IMG/VR virus record: IMGVR_UViG_3300007511_000003
Span: 104,901-168,900 of that record
Source of the DNA: a virus
Reading direction: 5' to 3' (one strand)
DNA: 64,000 nucleotides
In this document: in pieces, positions 1 through 10,137 of the stretch
Numbering within the stretch: the stretch's first letter is position 1
Layout of the letters: every line of letters starts with the position of its first letter
Position numbers and translations under genes: made by a program
The notes under the pieces: generated by a model
Told to the model about the DNA's origin: nothing
Databases searched by the model: none
Seen by the model: only the letters and a program-made list of their open reading frames with translations

Positions 1-157
1 TGAGTTCCTTGGACAGAGGAGACCCTGGAGTTTTGGTCATCGTCAAGGCATCTTCGACCATCGTGTATAATTTGTCGATGATTTTCAGGGCAGGGTCTGC
101 GGTACCTGCCTGTTGGCATTGTCTGAGGCGTGCCACCGCTTGTCGTGTCGTGGTCAT
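1..157 (-). CDS. Hypothetical protein, runs off the left edge (MTTTRQAVARLRQ...)
   Basis: ATG at 157 with upstream AAGGAAGA; open to the window edge; co-oriented with neighbours; not in the ORF track. Confidence 0.6.
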   Translation of the reverse strand, partial: MTTTRQAVARLRQCQQAGTADPALKIIDKLYTMVEDALTMTKTPGSPLSKEL

Positions 158-173
158 TTCGTCTTCCTTTGGG

Positions 174-608
174 TTACAGGGATTTGTAAACCAAGTCATC
201 CAATTCACGGATAACCTGGTGGGTAGAAGAGCGTAAACACCGCAGGGTATCTTGTGGTGTACCCTGCTTATAAAGCAAGTTGGCTAGGCCCCGGGCTTTG
301 CTTCTCTTTTCTAACCAACGTTGGCACAATTCTTGGGCAGTAGTAAGGGCCTTTAAAGCATGAAGAATATATAACCGCCCTGCGAGTTCCTGGACATCGT
401 AGTAATCCAGGCTAGATACCCCATCAAACAAGGTAAGAACCTGAAGAACATCTTGTGGGTATTGTTGGTCAGACTGGGCTACAAAATCATCAAGATCAAA
501 GTCTGAGCCAGACCCAGACCGAGTGGGCTCCAAGGCGTCAAAACTTGCGTTAACCGAGGAGCGGCCCATTCTTTTCAGGCGAGTTAAGGCTTGTTTGTGG
601 GTGCTCAT
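174..608 (-). CDS. Hypothetical protein (possible internal head protein)
   Basis: 144-aa ORF coupled to the upstream gene by an ATGA overlap. Confidence 0.7.
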   Translation of the reverse strand: MSTHKQALTRLKRMGRSSVNASFDALEPTRSGSGSDFDLDDFVAQSDQQYPQDVLQVLTLFDGVSSLDYYDVQELAGRLYILHALKALTTAQELCQRWLEKRSKARGLANLLYKQGTPQDTLRCLRSSTHQVIRELDDLVYKSL

Positions 609-979
609 TCCATTTCCCCTTCAGCCTCAGGCTCTTCTCCGTGGGTTTGTTGGAGACGCAGGAACAGGTCGATCCCGAAAGTATCGAGGTCCGACGTCAA
701 CTTAGTGACCTGCCGAGCTGCAACAGATGCCCGTTTCTTGAATGCGATGAGTGCCTGTATCACCTCATCACTATACTCAAGTTCGCGGGCCACATCCAGG
801 ATCGTCCACAATACCTGGTCGGAGATCACCCCTTGTAGAGGTTCCAGTTGGTCTACGATTTTCTTTTCTTGGGGTCCCAGACCACCCAGCTTCTTCCGGT
901 CGAAGCCTGCCAAAACAGGCTCCCTACCGGTAAAGCGAAGGCGTCCGAGAGCCTGTTGGTGTGCAAGCTCACGTTTCAT
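605..979 (-). CDS. Hypothetical protein
   Basis: 124-aa ORF, stop/start overlaps on both sides. Confidence 0.7.
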   Translation of the reverse strand: MKRELAHQQALGRLRFTGREPVLAGFDRKKLGGLGPQEKKIVDQLEPLQGVISDQVLWTILDVARELEYSDEVIQALIAFKKRASVAARQVTKLTSDLDTFGIDLFLRLQQTHGEEPEAEGEME

Positions 980-1899
980 CAGACGACTCCATGGGTACGC
1001 ATCAGTTGTTCGAGGTTGCTGTAGTAGCTGGGATCCTGTTGGTATAGGTCGGCGTAGTACTGCTTGAGGTCGGTCTCCGTCAAGTCCTCTGGGTCTTCGA
1101 CCGTGATGGGCTTGATTTCGTCCGCAACCTCTTGTTTCTTGGCCCAGGCTTTCAACTTCTCCTCGGGGATGTAGGTAGGTCGTGCCTTGGCCGTCACCTG
1201 CATTTTGGGTTCGCTGTCACCCAAGGAAGCCACCTCCACGATCAGGTCAGGGTGCGTGGCCACAGCCTCTTCGTCCCGCACCGCAATCAGCACGTCGCCG
1301 GAGTCCGTGCAGGAGGTTAGGACGTAACCGAACTTGACAATGCCCTCGGCTGGATCGACAAACCCAACGTAGGACCTCTCAGGGCTGGCAATACGTGCGA
1401 TCTCCTGAATCTGTGGAACACCTACCCGACGGGTGCGGGCATGGGCCAGCAACTCAGACAGGTCTTCGTCTTGGTCACGGCACAGGAACTTCTGACCACC
1501 GCTTGTCTTGACGTTCCACAAGCTTTGGTCTTTGGCATCCATCAGGATATTGGATGCCATCACCCGCATGTCCTTGACACGCTCATCGGTGTAGGGTTCA
1601 ACCACACGGTTGGGAACAACGAAACCCGAAAGGATTGGCCGGTTACCTCGGATGTTTACCAACTGGCGGAAAGAGTCAGGTACGATCACGGCCTTACCGT
1701 CAAAGGCGTTGTTGATAGCCGCCTGGATGGCTTTCCGGTCAGAGGTAGGGGACGACAGGCCAACGATAACTTGGCCCACTTGACCCTCCGCCAACACATT
1801 GAATTCATGGACGGTTGCAAGCAGACGGCGGCTGTTACGCTTCTGCAATTTCTTGGCAACCCGCGCGGGGTCAAAGTAACGACTACGATTGGCGTTCAT
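979..1899 (-). CDS. Putative virion head-associated protein
   Basis: 306-aa ORF with SD (AGGAG) and an upstream TGTAAATA motif; function inferred from context only. Confidence 0.6.
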   Translation of the reverse strand: MNANRSRYFDPARVAKKLQKRNSRRLLATVHEFNVLAEGQVGQVIVGLSSPTSDRKAIQAAINNAFDGKAVIVPDSFRQLVNIRGNRPILSGFVVPNRVVEPYTDERVKDMRVMASNILMDAKDQSLWNVKTSGGQKFLCRDQDEDLSELLAHARTRRVGVPQIQEIARIASPERSYVGFVDPAEGIVKFGYVLTSCTDSGDVLIAVRDEEAVATHPDLIVEVASLGDSEPKMQVTAKARPTYIPEEKLKAWAKKQEVADEIKPITVEDPEDLTETDLKQYYADLYQQDPSYYSNLEQLMRTHGVV

Positions 1900-1946
1900 T
1901 TACGCTCTCCTACTGGGGTGTTATGCCTTGTATTTACAAGACGGGT

Positions 1947-2426
1947 TCATTGGTCAGGCAGAGCCTGGACTTCCTTGATGACACCGGCCACCATCTTTTC
2001 CTGAGCCATCATGACACTCGCCCACATTTTTTCCAGTTTGCGGAACTTGGCGTTCATCACGTGACCCTTTTTGATTAACGGATTGATCACGGCTTTAAAG
2101 GGCTTGAGACGCCACTGCTCTGCCAACCACTGCTGTACTTTCTTGGCATCAAGGGATCTAGACACAGATACCACGATAAACGCCTTCCCGGGCTTGGCTC
2201 CGGAGTACGGAGCGGCACCACTACCATCCAGCTTTAACTCGAGGGCTTCTTCCATTTCATCGGTATCAATCACCAGGTAATGCCCGTCAACGTCATACGT
2301 TTCACCGTCAACGATCTCCATCAACAGGTCGATACGTCGTAACATACCACGAAACTTGCGGACCAGCTCTTTGAAATGCTGGTTTTCTTCTGGGCCGAGG
2401 TCGGCCAACACACGTAGTTTCCTCAT
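1947..2426 (-). CDS. Hypothetical protein (start corrected to MRKLRVLAD)
   Basis: ATG at 2426 overlaps the upstream stop (ATGA). Confidence 0.7.
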   Translation of the reverse strand: MRKLRVLADLGPEENQHFKELVRKFRGMLRRIDLLMEIVDGETYDVDGHYLVIDTDEMEEALELKLDGSGAAPYSGAKPGKAFIVVSVSRSLDAKKVQQWLAEQWRLKPFKAVINPLIKKGHVMNAKFRKLEKMWASVMMAQEKMVAGVIKEVQALPDQ

Positions 2427-3571
2427 CGCCCTACTGCCCTCCCGGCTTGACTGACCAGACTCATCTGGACACCGCATACTCCAACCCGGCTGGCGTTGGC
2501 GCCTGCGTTCTCAGACCCATCCCCTCCGATAATGCCCTTCTTACGAGCCTGCCGTTTAAAACGCTCTGCATTCTCTTGGAGGTAGGACTCAGCGTTTGAT
2601 AGTTGACTTTCAAGGTACCCTGTAACATCGGTGGACAGACTGATGGCTTGCCCTCCAAAGTCAAAGCTTTTCTCGCCTTCAGCCAGGTACTGACTACGGA
2701 GGGCCACTGCCTTGGCGGCTGTGATCCAGAAATGAGCAATAGGTCCTTTGGCCCGTGTCATGGAAAAGGTAGTGACCTGATCCAGAGTGTTAAAATAATC
2801 AGCCCCGCTCTTAAGGAACGACATCATGTCAACCATCGTATACTGGGCTTCTTCCAGGCCAGTATCCGTGTGGAGCCTGTTAATCCAATCACCGAGTTCC
2901 TTCTGAGCCTGCAAAATAGATGGAGTGGTCACAAATAGACGGCCAAGTTCCTGTTGGGGAACTCGATCGACTCTGTAGTTCCATATAACTGAGTATGGAA
3001 CGAGGGAAGGGACCAACTTATTGGTCACTAGGTCAACGGCATCAACAAAGCGGTACTTGCCATTATCCCCGGCAGAGGAACGGATTACCTGCTTGGAGTA
3101 AAGGGAGACGTTATCTTCGTTGAACACCGTGACAGAAGCGGTTGGAATACGACCACCAATAGGAAGGATACAAATCAGCTCAGCAGATCCCATGCCATAT
3201 ATCTCCACGGCATCCATAGGACCAAAGGGATCAGTAACAGGTGGATAAACCAGGAAAGACTCAAAATAATGTAGGTCTTCTTCACCGTCAAAGTCAAAAA
3301 TCCACTTAACTTGGTATTCGGTACCATAGTCGTCGGCTTCGAGGTTATCAGGTAAAGAGAAGTAAGCGGTCGCAGTGGTACGTCGGGTCATGACCTCCAC
3401 GTGTGGGGCAAACCCGCGGGCATACTCAACACCGTCTGGGTCTTGGAGGATCCAAGTCACTACGACGTGTTCTACCTCTTCCAACGGTTCTGGAATCTGG
3501 ACGACAGCCCGCGCGGTTACTTGATGTCCTACCACCGCTTTGAGAATAGCCTCGATGGTATCGTGACTCAC
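2423..3571 (-). CDS. Putative head-completion/adaptor (neck) protein
   Basis: 382 aa; C-terminal FDFGGQAISLS segment and helical region resemble head-tail adaptor proteins; context. Confidence 0.5.
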   Translation of the reverse strand: MSHDTIEAILKAVVGHQVTARAVVQIPEPLEEVEHVVVTWILQDPDGVEYARGFAPHVEVMTRRTTATAYFSLPDNLEADDYGTEYQVKWIFDFDGEEDLHYFESFLVYPPVTDPFGPMDAVEIYGMGSAELICILPIGGRIPTASVTVFNEDNVSLYSKQVIRSSAGDNGKYRFVDAVDLVTNKLVPSLVPYSVIWNYRVDRVPQQELGRLFVTTPSILQAQKELGDWINRLHTDTGLEEAQYTMVDMMSFLKSGADYFNTLDQVTTFSMTRAKGPIAHFWITAAKAVALRSQYLAEGEKSFDFGGQAISLSTDVTGYLESQLSNAESYLQENAERFKRQARKKGIIGGDGSENAGANASRVGVCGVQMSLVSQAGRAVGR

Positions 3572-5136
3572 AATTCGGCTCCTTCAAAAGCACGTTGCAT
3601 ACTGCTAACCGAACTCATCATACGCAACAAGGGTTGTGGTGTGCGAACACCAATCGACCGGAAATGCTGAATCATGATCGATGGGTCAATGTAGTTTTGT
3701 ATGGCCGTGTCTGGAGTGAGCTTATCCCCACTGTAATGGCCCAACGCCTTTGCTACCTTCATCAGCAACAAACGAAATTCTTGTAGGGCCTCCTTTTGGG
3801 AAGGCGGGACCCCTTGTCTATGGTACCTGCTACCCTTCAATACCTGTTCCGCCAAAAGAGTACCGCGGAGGGTGCGTAACTTGTGGATGGTAACAGGACT
3901 TCCGATCCCTTTGAAATAAGCGTTCACCACGGTAGCAGAGACATGGGCTCCTGATGGTCCGCGAAACACCAAGTCATCTGGTTCCAGACCTTCTGTCAGG
4001 ATCTTGAGCAAAGCCATTACCTTGCGGCTCCATTTGGTGTCCGGAATAATAGCATGCTTATGAGAAATACCGTCCTTGCCCTTATAATGCAGTACCGCAG
4101 TGTTTCCCTTAAGCTGGATATGTTTGGCCCTCAGCGTGGACAAACCATAGGTACTCTGTCCTTTGGTCGAAGAACCAGGGGTCCCTATACGACCCTGTGT
4201 AAGGTAAGCAATTTCCACCAGCAAAGCCGGAATCTGCTTCTTGGAGCCATCCGACATCAGGTCACGGCGCCATTTCTTGAGAAGGGCTTCGATACCTTTG
4301 ACCAGCTTAGCCACCTTGGCAAACTTTTCCTTGGTACGGGCCTTGTGGTACTTTTCGGTATAGTAATACTTGAACTTGGTCCCTTTTGGAGGCTGACCTT
4401 TAAACACCCAAGTGTCATCAGATTTGGGGTCATACTTAGGGTTCATTTCGATCGTACCAGCAGGAACCCCATTAATCTTTTGTCGTGCCTTGGTATACAG
4501 GCCACCGTCTTCCCCAACAAATCCGGTAAACCCCTCTGGTATCTTGACCGCCACCCCTTCTTGGGACGCAGCGGTCCTTACATCAGAGGCATCCAAGATT
4601 GGTTTACCGCTACTCCGAATGTGGTTAAGTAACCACTCTTTTGGTGTGCTCGGTGGGTCCTCATGGACAAAAAGCTTATTGATATGGGGGTCTTTCAATA
4701 CACCTATGTTCTTATGAAACCGCTTGTAGGCGGCAGGGCTAGGCTTGGCAGACAGGACGGAAAAGTCTTTCAGGAGAGCAAAATATTCCTCTGGAATTGA
4801 GTCCTCAGTGGCTCCGTATATATTAGGAAATTTGACCTTCAGGATGGAACCCAAAGCGAGTAGGGCCTTGCTTTCATCCGAGGCGGTGCCACCCTGCTCT
4901 AGCTTATCTACAACCTTGCGTAGAGGCGGGACTTTGATACCGAATTGGGTGAGGAAGTCCTCAGCTTGGGCAAAGAGCTGGTTCAAACGTACCCTTTGCT
5001 GGACCTGTAAGGGCCTTCCAGACTTGACAGAATAGATGATATATGCAAGGGTGCGAAAGAAGGAAAGGACGGCTTCAGGGGTTAAATCCACCTGTAACGC
5101 GATCTCTACATTGGCAAGAACCCGCAACTCTTTCAT
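3568..5136 (-). CDS. DNA topoisomerase IB with N-terminal extension
   Basis: TopIB motifs in order: GRIG, YGLSTL, YKGKDG, HKLRT, ALGH, NYID (catalytic R-K-R-H-Y). Confidence 0.9.
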   Translation of the reverse strand: MKELRVLANVEIALQVDLTPEAVLSFFRTLAYIIYSVKSGRPLQVQQRVRLNQLFAQAEDFLTQFGIKVPPLRKVVDKLEQGGTASDESKALLALGSILKVKFPNIYGATEDSIPEEYFALLKDFSVLSAKPSPAAYKRFHKNIGVLKDPHINKLFVHEDPPSTPKEWLLNHIRSSGKPILDASDVRTAASQEGVAVKIPEGFTGFVGEDGGLYTKARQKINGVPAGTIEMNPKYDPKSDDTWVFKGQPPKGTKFKYYYTEKYHKARTKEKFAKVAKLVKGIEALLKKWRRDLMSDGSKKQIPALLVEIAYLTQGRIGTPGSSTKGQSTYGLSTLRAKHIQLKGNTAVLHYKGKDGISHKHAIIPDTKWSRKVMALLKILTEGLEPDDLVFRGPSGAHVSATVVNAYFKGIGSPVTIHKLRTLRGTLLAEQVLKGSRYHRQGVPPSQKEALQEFRLLLMKVAKALGHYSGDKLTPDTAIQNYIDPSIMIQHFRSIGVRTPQPLLRMMSSVSSMQRAFEGAEL

Positions 5137-5903
5137 GGCATGTGCTCCAACATTTGTACCTTGGATGAAACGAGGAGGTTCTCTTCAGCCAACAAGGAAG
5201 GGAGGAGGGAGAGACCTTCACGGAGGGAAGTAAATTGCTTGGCACCGGAATGGGTGCTCAGTGGTGTAAATGATGGGGACAGTGAAAGGGAAAATTGAAA
5301 ACCAGATTTTGTTTGTGTGCCAGATACGATGACATGGAAGGAGTCGTAGGTAAAACCTTCTGGGTCCGTTACTCCTGCCAACTCAAGTACCGAAGTGAAA
5401 AGAGGGGAATCATTTTCAGCAGACACGTGACTATGTATACGGTGATGGTCAAACCTGCCTGAAAGAAGGCGCCGACTCCGTTTATGGATGCCTTTTGCCA
5501 CTGCTCTTACTTTCGTAGGCATTACCTTCAACGTAGCTTTTTCTGTGCAGGCCCTTATAGTAAGGAGTTCAGCACGGACCAAAGCTTGGAGTTCCTCGAT
5601 CTCCCCGAAGACCTTGCCTAGCTTGTTTTCGTTATGGAACTGGTATGTTAACTGTGCCTTTAGGGCACCCAAGGTATCCAATTTGGTTCCATAGACTTGC
5701 AAGGCTTCAAGATGCCGGTCCAACGTCAACAGGGAGGGCCCTACCTCATCCTCTTGTAGTTGGTCGAAAGCAGCAGAGAGTTTGTTTACCCGGGAACGCA
5801 CACCACGTAAGTAACGAGAAACGTCGGGCAGACTGCGAAACTTGGGTTCCCCATTTCGACTTAGGATGCGTATTTCCTTCAGCAATTTCTGTTGGACACT
5901 CAA
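5133..5903 (-). CDS. Hypothetical protein
   Basis: 256-aa ORF tightly packed in the operon. Confidence 0.7.
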   Translation of the reverse strand: MSVQQKLLKEIRILSRNGEPKFRSLPDVSRYLRGVRSRVNKLSAAFDQLQEDEVGPSLLTLDRHLEALQVYGTKLDTLGALKAQLTYQFHNENKLGKVFGEIEELQALVRAELLTIRACTEKATLKVMPTKVRAVAKGIHKRSRRLLSGRFDHHRIHSHVSAENDSPLFTSVLELAGVTDPEGFTYDSFHVIVSGTQTKSGFQFSLSLSPSFTPLSTHSGAKQFTSLREGLSLLPSLLAEENLLVSSKVQMLEHMP

Positions 5904-5906
5904 CGG

Positions 5907-7076
5907 TCAAATCCTCTCAATAGGGTTACCAGCTTTCATCGCTTTGTTACCTCCGTGTGGTAACATGGTGCCCAACTCAAATTCTTTTAATGGAAAGGCG
6001 TTACACTCGTGCCCGTAAACATGACCGCGGGCATCCATCAATGGGTCAGAATCTGTGGTACGCCAATATCGGCTATATACGTGGTCAAACAACATGGACA
6101 GCTTGGGTACCTCAGCCACCAGGGAGGGTAAAACAATAGTGCCCGTTGCAAGTCCTTCCAACAGGATGATGTCCTGCAGGTCCTGAATCTTGGAGAAGTC
6201 CGCCAGTAACATTTCACTGGACAGACGGAATTGCAGTTCAATGTGAGTAATCTTGGCACCACGGACAGGAAACTCCAGCTTCAGGAGGCTTTTCACACCT
6301 GTGGCAAAGGCCAGGATAGACTCTGGGGAACATCCACCCTCACCGCCCAACAATACGTTGTTGACAGACAGGGGTAAAAACACCTGTTGCTGGTTATCAA
6401 AGATGCGGATAGATTCGACCGCTACCGCGTTCTTGGGTACCATTATATTAAACAGTACAAACGCGCCTTCTCGTTCCGCCATCAGCTTATTGGGTGCCGA
6501 GGTATGGTCAATGGAAACGCCCTCTGCATCTTTAAAATTAGAGGGCGTGAGCACTGTGCGAGAACCTCGAAAAACGTTGTACCCGCCAATATAAGAGGTA
6601 CCAAAGCAAACGGGACACGAGGTCCCAGAAAAGCCAAATGGGTTGGTGGATGGTGTGGACATGGACTCATCTATTTCCCCGAGATCCACGATTTCTTCGT
6701 CGGCTGTCAATGAATCAGGTGTACGCTTGTTCTCTCCGGTACGCATACGAATGTTGGTTGTGTTGGTCAATGTCGACCGGTCAGCATGAGCACTGTCGGC
6801 AGGCGTCATCGTAACAGGGGATCCGCTCAACAAGGTGTCCATCACTTCTGGTTTCATGGATCCATCAGAAGCCAAGGTATCGTTATAAGTGCAGGTACAA
6901 CGATAACCATTGGTGAGAGGTAGGTACAAGGTTACAGGGTGCGGGTTCACCAAAAACGCATTGTTGAACTCATGCTGGGCTACTTCAGAGGTACGCTCCA
7001 ACACACGATCTGCCACCTCTTTCACCCTGTGATTCTTGGGCTTTCTCTGGCGCCCTCTTTGACGAACAACTGGCAT
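5907..7076 (-). CDS. Putative head-closure/neck protein with Zn-binding motif
   Basis: CTC...CPVCFGTSYIGGY motif seen in large-phage neck proteins; start moved to MPVVRQ (SD GAGGG). Confidence 0.5.
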   Translation of the reverse strand: MPVVRQRGRQRKPKNHRVKEVADRVLERTSEVAQHEFNNAFLVNPHPVTLYLPLTNGYRCTCTYNDTLASDGSMKPEVMDTLLSGSPVTMTPADSAHADRSTLTNTTNIRMRTGENKRTPDSLTADEEIVDLGEIDESMSTPSTNPFGFSGTSCPVCFGTSYIGGYNVFRGSRTVLTPSNFKDAEGVSIDHTSAPNKLMAEREGAFVLFNIMVPKNAVAVESIRIFDNQQQVFLPLSVNNVLLGGEGGCSPESILAFATGVKSLLKLEFPVRGAKITHIELQFRLSSEMLLADFSKIQDLQDIILLEGLATGTIVLPSLVAEVPKLSMLFDHVYSRYWRTTDSDPLMDARGHVYGHECNAFPLKEFELGTMLPHGGNKAMKAGNPIERI

Positions 7077-7167
7077 GAAAATCCCTCGTATAATCCAGAA
7101 AAAGTGCTGGTATCGGCCCAAACGCCCTTAGTTCCCTGTAAATTAAGAGAGTACAAGGCGTACCTAA

Positions 7168-7818
7168 ATGAAATTATTGACAGACGGGACAGATATAGTG
7201 GAAAAAGGAAGGATAAGGGTCATAGGGCATGACCCAGGATCACGTAATTATGCCTACTCAGTGGTGGATGCTCGTGTGTGGGGGCACCTATTCCAGTACA
7301 AGGTACGCAAGTGTGGCATCATAGAAAAGGCAATACCTGCCCTTAAAGATGACCTCAAGGAGGGTACCGTTCAATTTATTAAAGAGGTAGATGGTATAAT
7401 AGGAGACTTTAAACCTGTCAACTATTTCATCGCAGAGCGGTTCGTGAGTAGGGGGCTGCGTGGAGATATTGGGGAACGTGCCAATATCATGCTAGGCATC
7501 GCGCTAGCACTCACCACCAGAAAAAAGGTAGGTGTGGTGGAGACCCCCATGATTACCGCCTCCACCTGGAAGAACAGGACGAAAAAGATTTTGGACCTAA
7601 AAGAGTTATACAAGCAATGTCGGGTGCCACCACATGAGGTAGACGCTACGTTAATTGCCTTGTTTATAGCGTGCCAGCATTTTAAAATTAAACCCTATTC
7701 CTTCTTCAAGTCGGTAAAACATGTCCGAAAGTTTGTAGACAGGGTGGAGTCGGCTACAACCAGCAAACACCGCAACATACGACCAAAAAAATCTTTTGAC
7801 CAATGTTTTGTCCATTAA
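7168..7818 (+). CDS. RuvC-like Holliday junction resolvase
   Basis: GHDPG (D), FIAERF (E), ASTWK and HEVDA (D) motifs of the RNase H-fold RuvC family. Confidence 0.8.
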   Translation: MKLLTDGTDIVEKGRIRVIGHDPGSRNYAYSVVDARVWGHLFQYKVRKCGIIEKAIPALKDDLKEGTVQFIKEVDGIIGDFKPVNYFIAERFVSRGLRGDIGERANIMLGIALALTTRKKVGVVETPMITASTWKNRTKKILDLKELYKQCRVPPHEVDATLIALFIACQHFKIKPYSFFKSVKHVRKFVDRVESATTSKHRNIRPKKSFDQCFVH

Positions 7819-8267
7819 TAGGGAACCGGTTGGCAGAGTGCCAACCATCATGTATGTGGCAATCCAACTCTGGGTGCCTGCACTCGGAGGACGAGATACC
7901 AGATAAAATTCTGGCCAAGGCTAAGGGAATACCAGTACAAGAGGTAAAAAGGAGGAGGGAGGAGGGTGTGCGCAAAATCCACATCCTGATCATGTTACAC
8001 CATTACCTAGAATACACGGCTAACAGGGCGGGACCCGCCCTGAACCCCTTGCAAGAGAGTTTACATATAAGGTATCCGTACAACCTACCAGACATTAAGG
8101 GGAAGCTAGGGTACGTCCTACCCGCAACCAACAAAAATTTATTTAGGTCCTTTTTAAATGATACGAAGGCCCGACGAAGGTTTCCATTAAAAACCGTATT
8201 ACACCTATCTGCCAAGGAGTTACACCGACTCCGACGCCACCACAAGGAGAACGAAACTGATGGATAA
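7803..8267 (+). CDS. Hypothetical protein, Cys-rich N-terminus
   Basis: 154-aa ORF overlapping both neighbours. Confidence 0.6.
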   Translation: MFCPLIGNRLAECQPSCMWQSNSGCLHSEDEIPDKILAKAKGIPVQEVKRRREEGVRKIHILIMLHHYLEYTANRAGPALNPLQESLHIRYPYNLPDIKGKLGYVLPATNKNLFRSFLNDTKARRRFPLKTVLHLSAKELHRLRRHHKENETDG

Positions 8268-8907
8268 CGACCAAGCAATGCGCCCGAGTGAAGTTACCAG
8301 ACTGGATTTCCACGAGTTGGAAAAGGCCAGCATTGGTCCTGTATGGGTATTCAACAACACCAAGGGTACCAAACGTAGTGACATCATGTTCAGTAGTGCC
8401 CGACCCAATGGCACGGGTACCGACACAGTGAAAATACCTGTTACGTTCCTACCAATCGATCTCACCACCCAGGTCCCTCGTGAACAACTTATGACAGGCG
8501 CCGAGTTTCGGCGAGCGGTATCCGGGGGGCTTCTCAAAGTGGTGTCAGATACGGACGCCCGCGGTTACATGCGGTCGCTAGATCGGGAAAGCATCTCAGA
8601 AGAAAAACGGCGGCTGCGTGATCTGGATGCCACCAGTGCTATCCAGAGCCAGTCTACCAGCATGGGACATTCTGCGGCGGAAGCCGTGGTGAGAAACAGT
8701 TTGGACGTGGATGGAGTATCACCGGCTGTAGTAAGCTTGATGGCAAGCGTGGGGGAAGACTCCCACCAATCCCAACTTAACAACACCTTGAGGTCCATGG
8801 CAGAGAGTCTGACCGATACGGATTGGGATCACATCATGAGTGAAGCCCGTCGAAACAAGTTGAAGAAGACCCTCCAGTATGCGAAGAAGGAAAAAGAGCA
8901 GAGGTAA
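8260..8907 (+). CDS. Hypothetical protein
   Basis: 215 aa, SD AGGAG, followed by a terminator. Confidence 0.75.
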   Translation: MDNDQAMRPSEVTRLDFHELEKASIGPVWVFNNTKGTKRSDIMFSSARPNGTGTDTVKIPVTFLPIDLTTQVPREQLMTGAEFRRAVSGGLLKVVSDTDARGYMRSLDRESISEEKRRLRDLDATSAIQSQSTSMGHSAAEAVVRNSLDVDGVSPAVVSLMASVGEDSHQSQLNNTLRSMAESLTDTDWDHIMSEARRNKLKKTLQYAKKEKEQR

Positions 8908-8935
8908 CACGCCCGTCACCTTTGCTGGTCCTGTG

Positions 8936-8975
8936 AGGGTCCAGGTCGGGTTTTAAGCCTGCCTGGACCCTTTTT
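8936..8975 (+). terminator. Rho-independent terminator between convergent genes
   Basis: AGGGTCCAGG...CCTGGACCCT stem followed by a T tract. Confidence 0.8.
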
Positions 8976-9016
8976 ATCATGTGTGAGCTAAAAGTAGTGG
9001 AGAGGACCAGAGGAGG

Positions 9017-10126
9017 TCAGGAAAGGCGAACGCGGAGTTCTTGGAGGAAGGCAAGGCCCGTACGTTGTGGAACGTCCAGGGAACGAAGACAGTACCGGAT
9101 GTAGCGGTGTAGGCGCCCGCAACCCAACAAACGTTCAAAGTATTGTTCGTTGGTTACACCTTTACGTACCATCTTCTTTTCTTGTAGCCAGTCTGTGAAC
9201 CGGGCATCATGAGTACCCGTAAGGAGTTCCAGGAACCTACGCTTTTTCCCACCGTACCCAGCCAGCAAGGATCTGGCGGTTAAAGCATCTTCGATTGTGA
9301 AAGCTCGATCACGGAAACTCTGTTGGGAACCTGTCAACGTCGATACCAAAAAGTCATCCGATTCCACCACGCGGAGGCTATCCCGTAACATATCCAATGA
9401 CACCTTGAGGCTGGAGAAAGTACCATCATCATTCCGGATGAGGTTATTCCTGCTCTTGGATGTATGCTTGAGGATCAGGTTCACACCATGGTTGTGGATA
9501 CTGCGTTTGGCAATGTTCGTGCTGTGAAGCCGACTGTCCACACAGGGGTACATCAACAACAGACTTTGGATACCCCTAAGCAACAAGTCCATCACAAGGT
9601 CTTCAAGGTCAATGCCATAGGACCGGGCCAGAAACCGCATTTTCTTGGTAACAAATTTTCGGGTATATATGTCCACCTCTTTTACCACCCGCTCTGTAGC
9701 GGCGTTAATGCCTCGTAGGGGCAAGGCCTTGTAGCGGTCTGTATAGGGGGGTAATGCCCGTCGAAGGTCCTTCGACCGTTTGAGATATCGGGCAAGCTCA
9801 GTGTCACGGCTTTTGACTTCAAATTCCTGGGAGGTCCTGGTGGCTTGCTGACGTGTCCAGTAGGCATTATGGACGTAGCTGTAGTATAACCAGGTTTTAA
9901 TATTTTTTAAGATGTACCCTTGTACCCCCAACTCTGCCCTAAATTCCCTGACGCTGATACCTTCACCAAGGAGGTCCTCCAACCGTCGGGTAAGCTCTCG
10001 GCTCTTAATACCCCTGAACAGGTAGAGCAGAACGGCGGTAACTGCCCTACGTTGCCAGCTTAGGGGTATCCTTAAATAACTTGGGAAGTGGTGTATTAAC
10101 ATCAACTCGATGGTGTTTCGGCCCAT
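9017..10126 (-). CDS. Divergent sigma-factor-like protein
   Basis: RFLARSYGIDLEDLV...AKRSIHNHGVNLI resembles sigma70-family region 2, followed by a VSLD motif. Confidence 0.55.
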   Translation of the reverse strand: MGRNTIELMLIHHFPSYLRIPLSWQRRAVTAVLLYLFRGIKSRELTRRLEDLLGEGISVREFRAELGVQGYILKNIKTWLYYSYVHNAYWTRQQATRTSQEFEVKSRDTELARYLKRSKDLRRALPPYTDRYKALPLRGINAATERVVKEVDIYTRKFVTKKMRFLARSYGIDLEDLVMDLLLRGIQSLLLMYPCVDSRLHSTNIAKRSIHNHGVNLILKHTSKSRNNLIRNDDGTFSSLKVSLDMLRDSLRVVESDDFLVSTLTGSQQSFRDRAFTIEDALTARSLLAGYGGKKRRFLELLTGTHDARFTDWLQEKKMVRKGVTNEQYFERLLGCGRLHRYIRYCLRSLDVPQRTGLAFLQELRVRLS

Positions 10127-10137
10127 TTGTCATCCCC

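Noticed and set aside
3568-5136. Tyrosine integrase implying a prophage
   Set aside because: The motifs (GRIG, YGLSTL, KGK, KLRT, YID) are those of TopIB; no att sites or host genes were seen.
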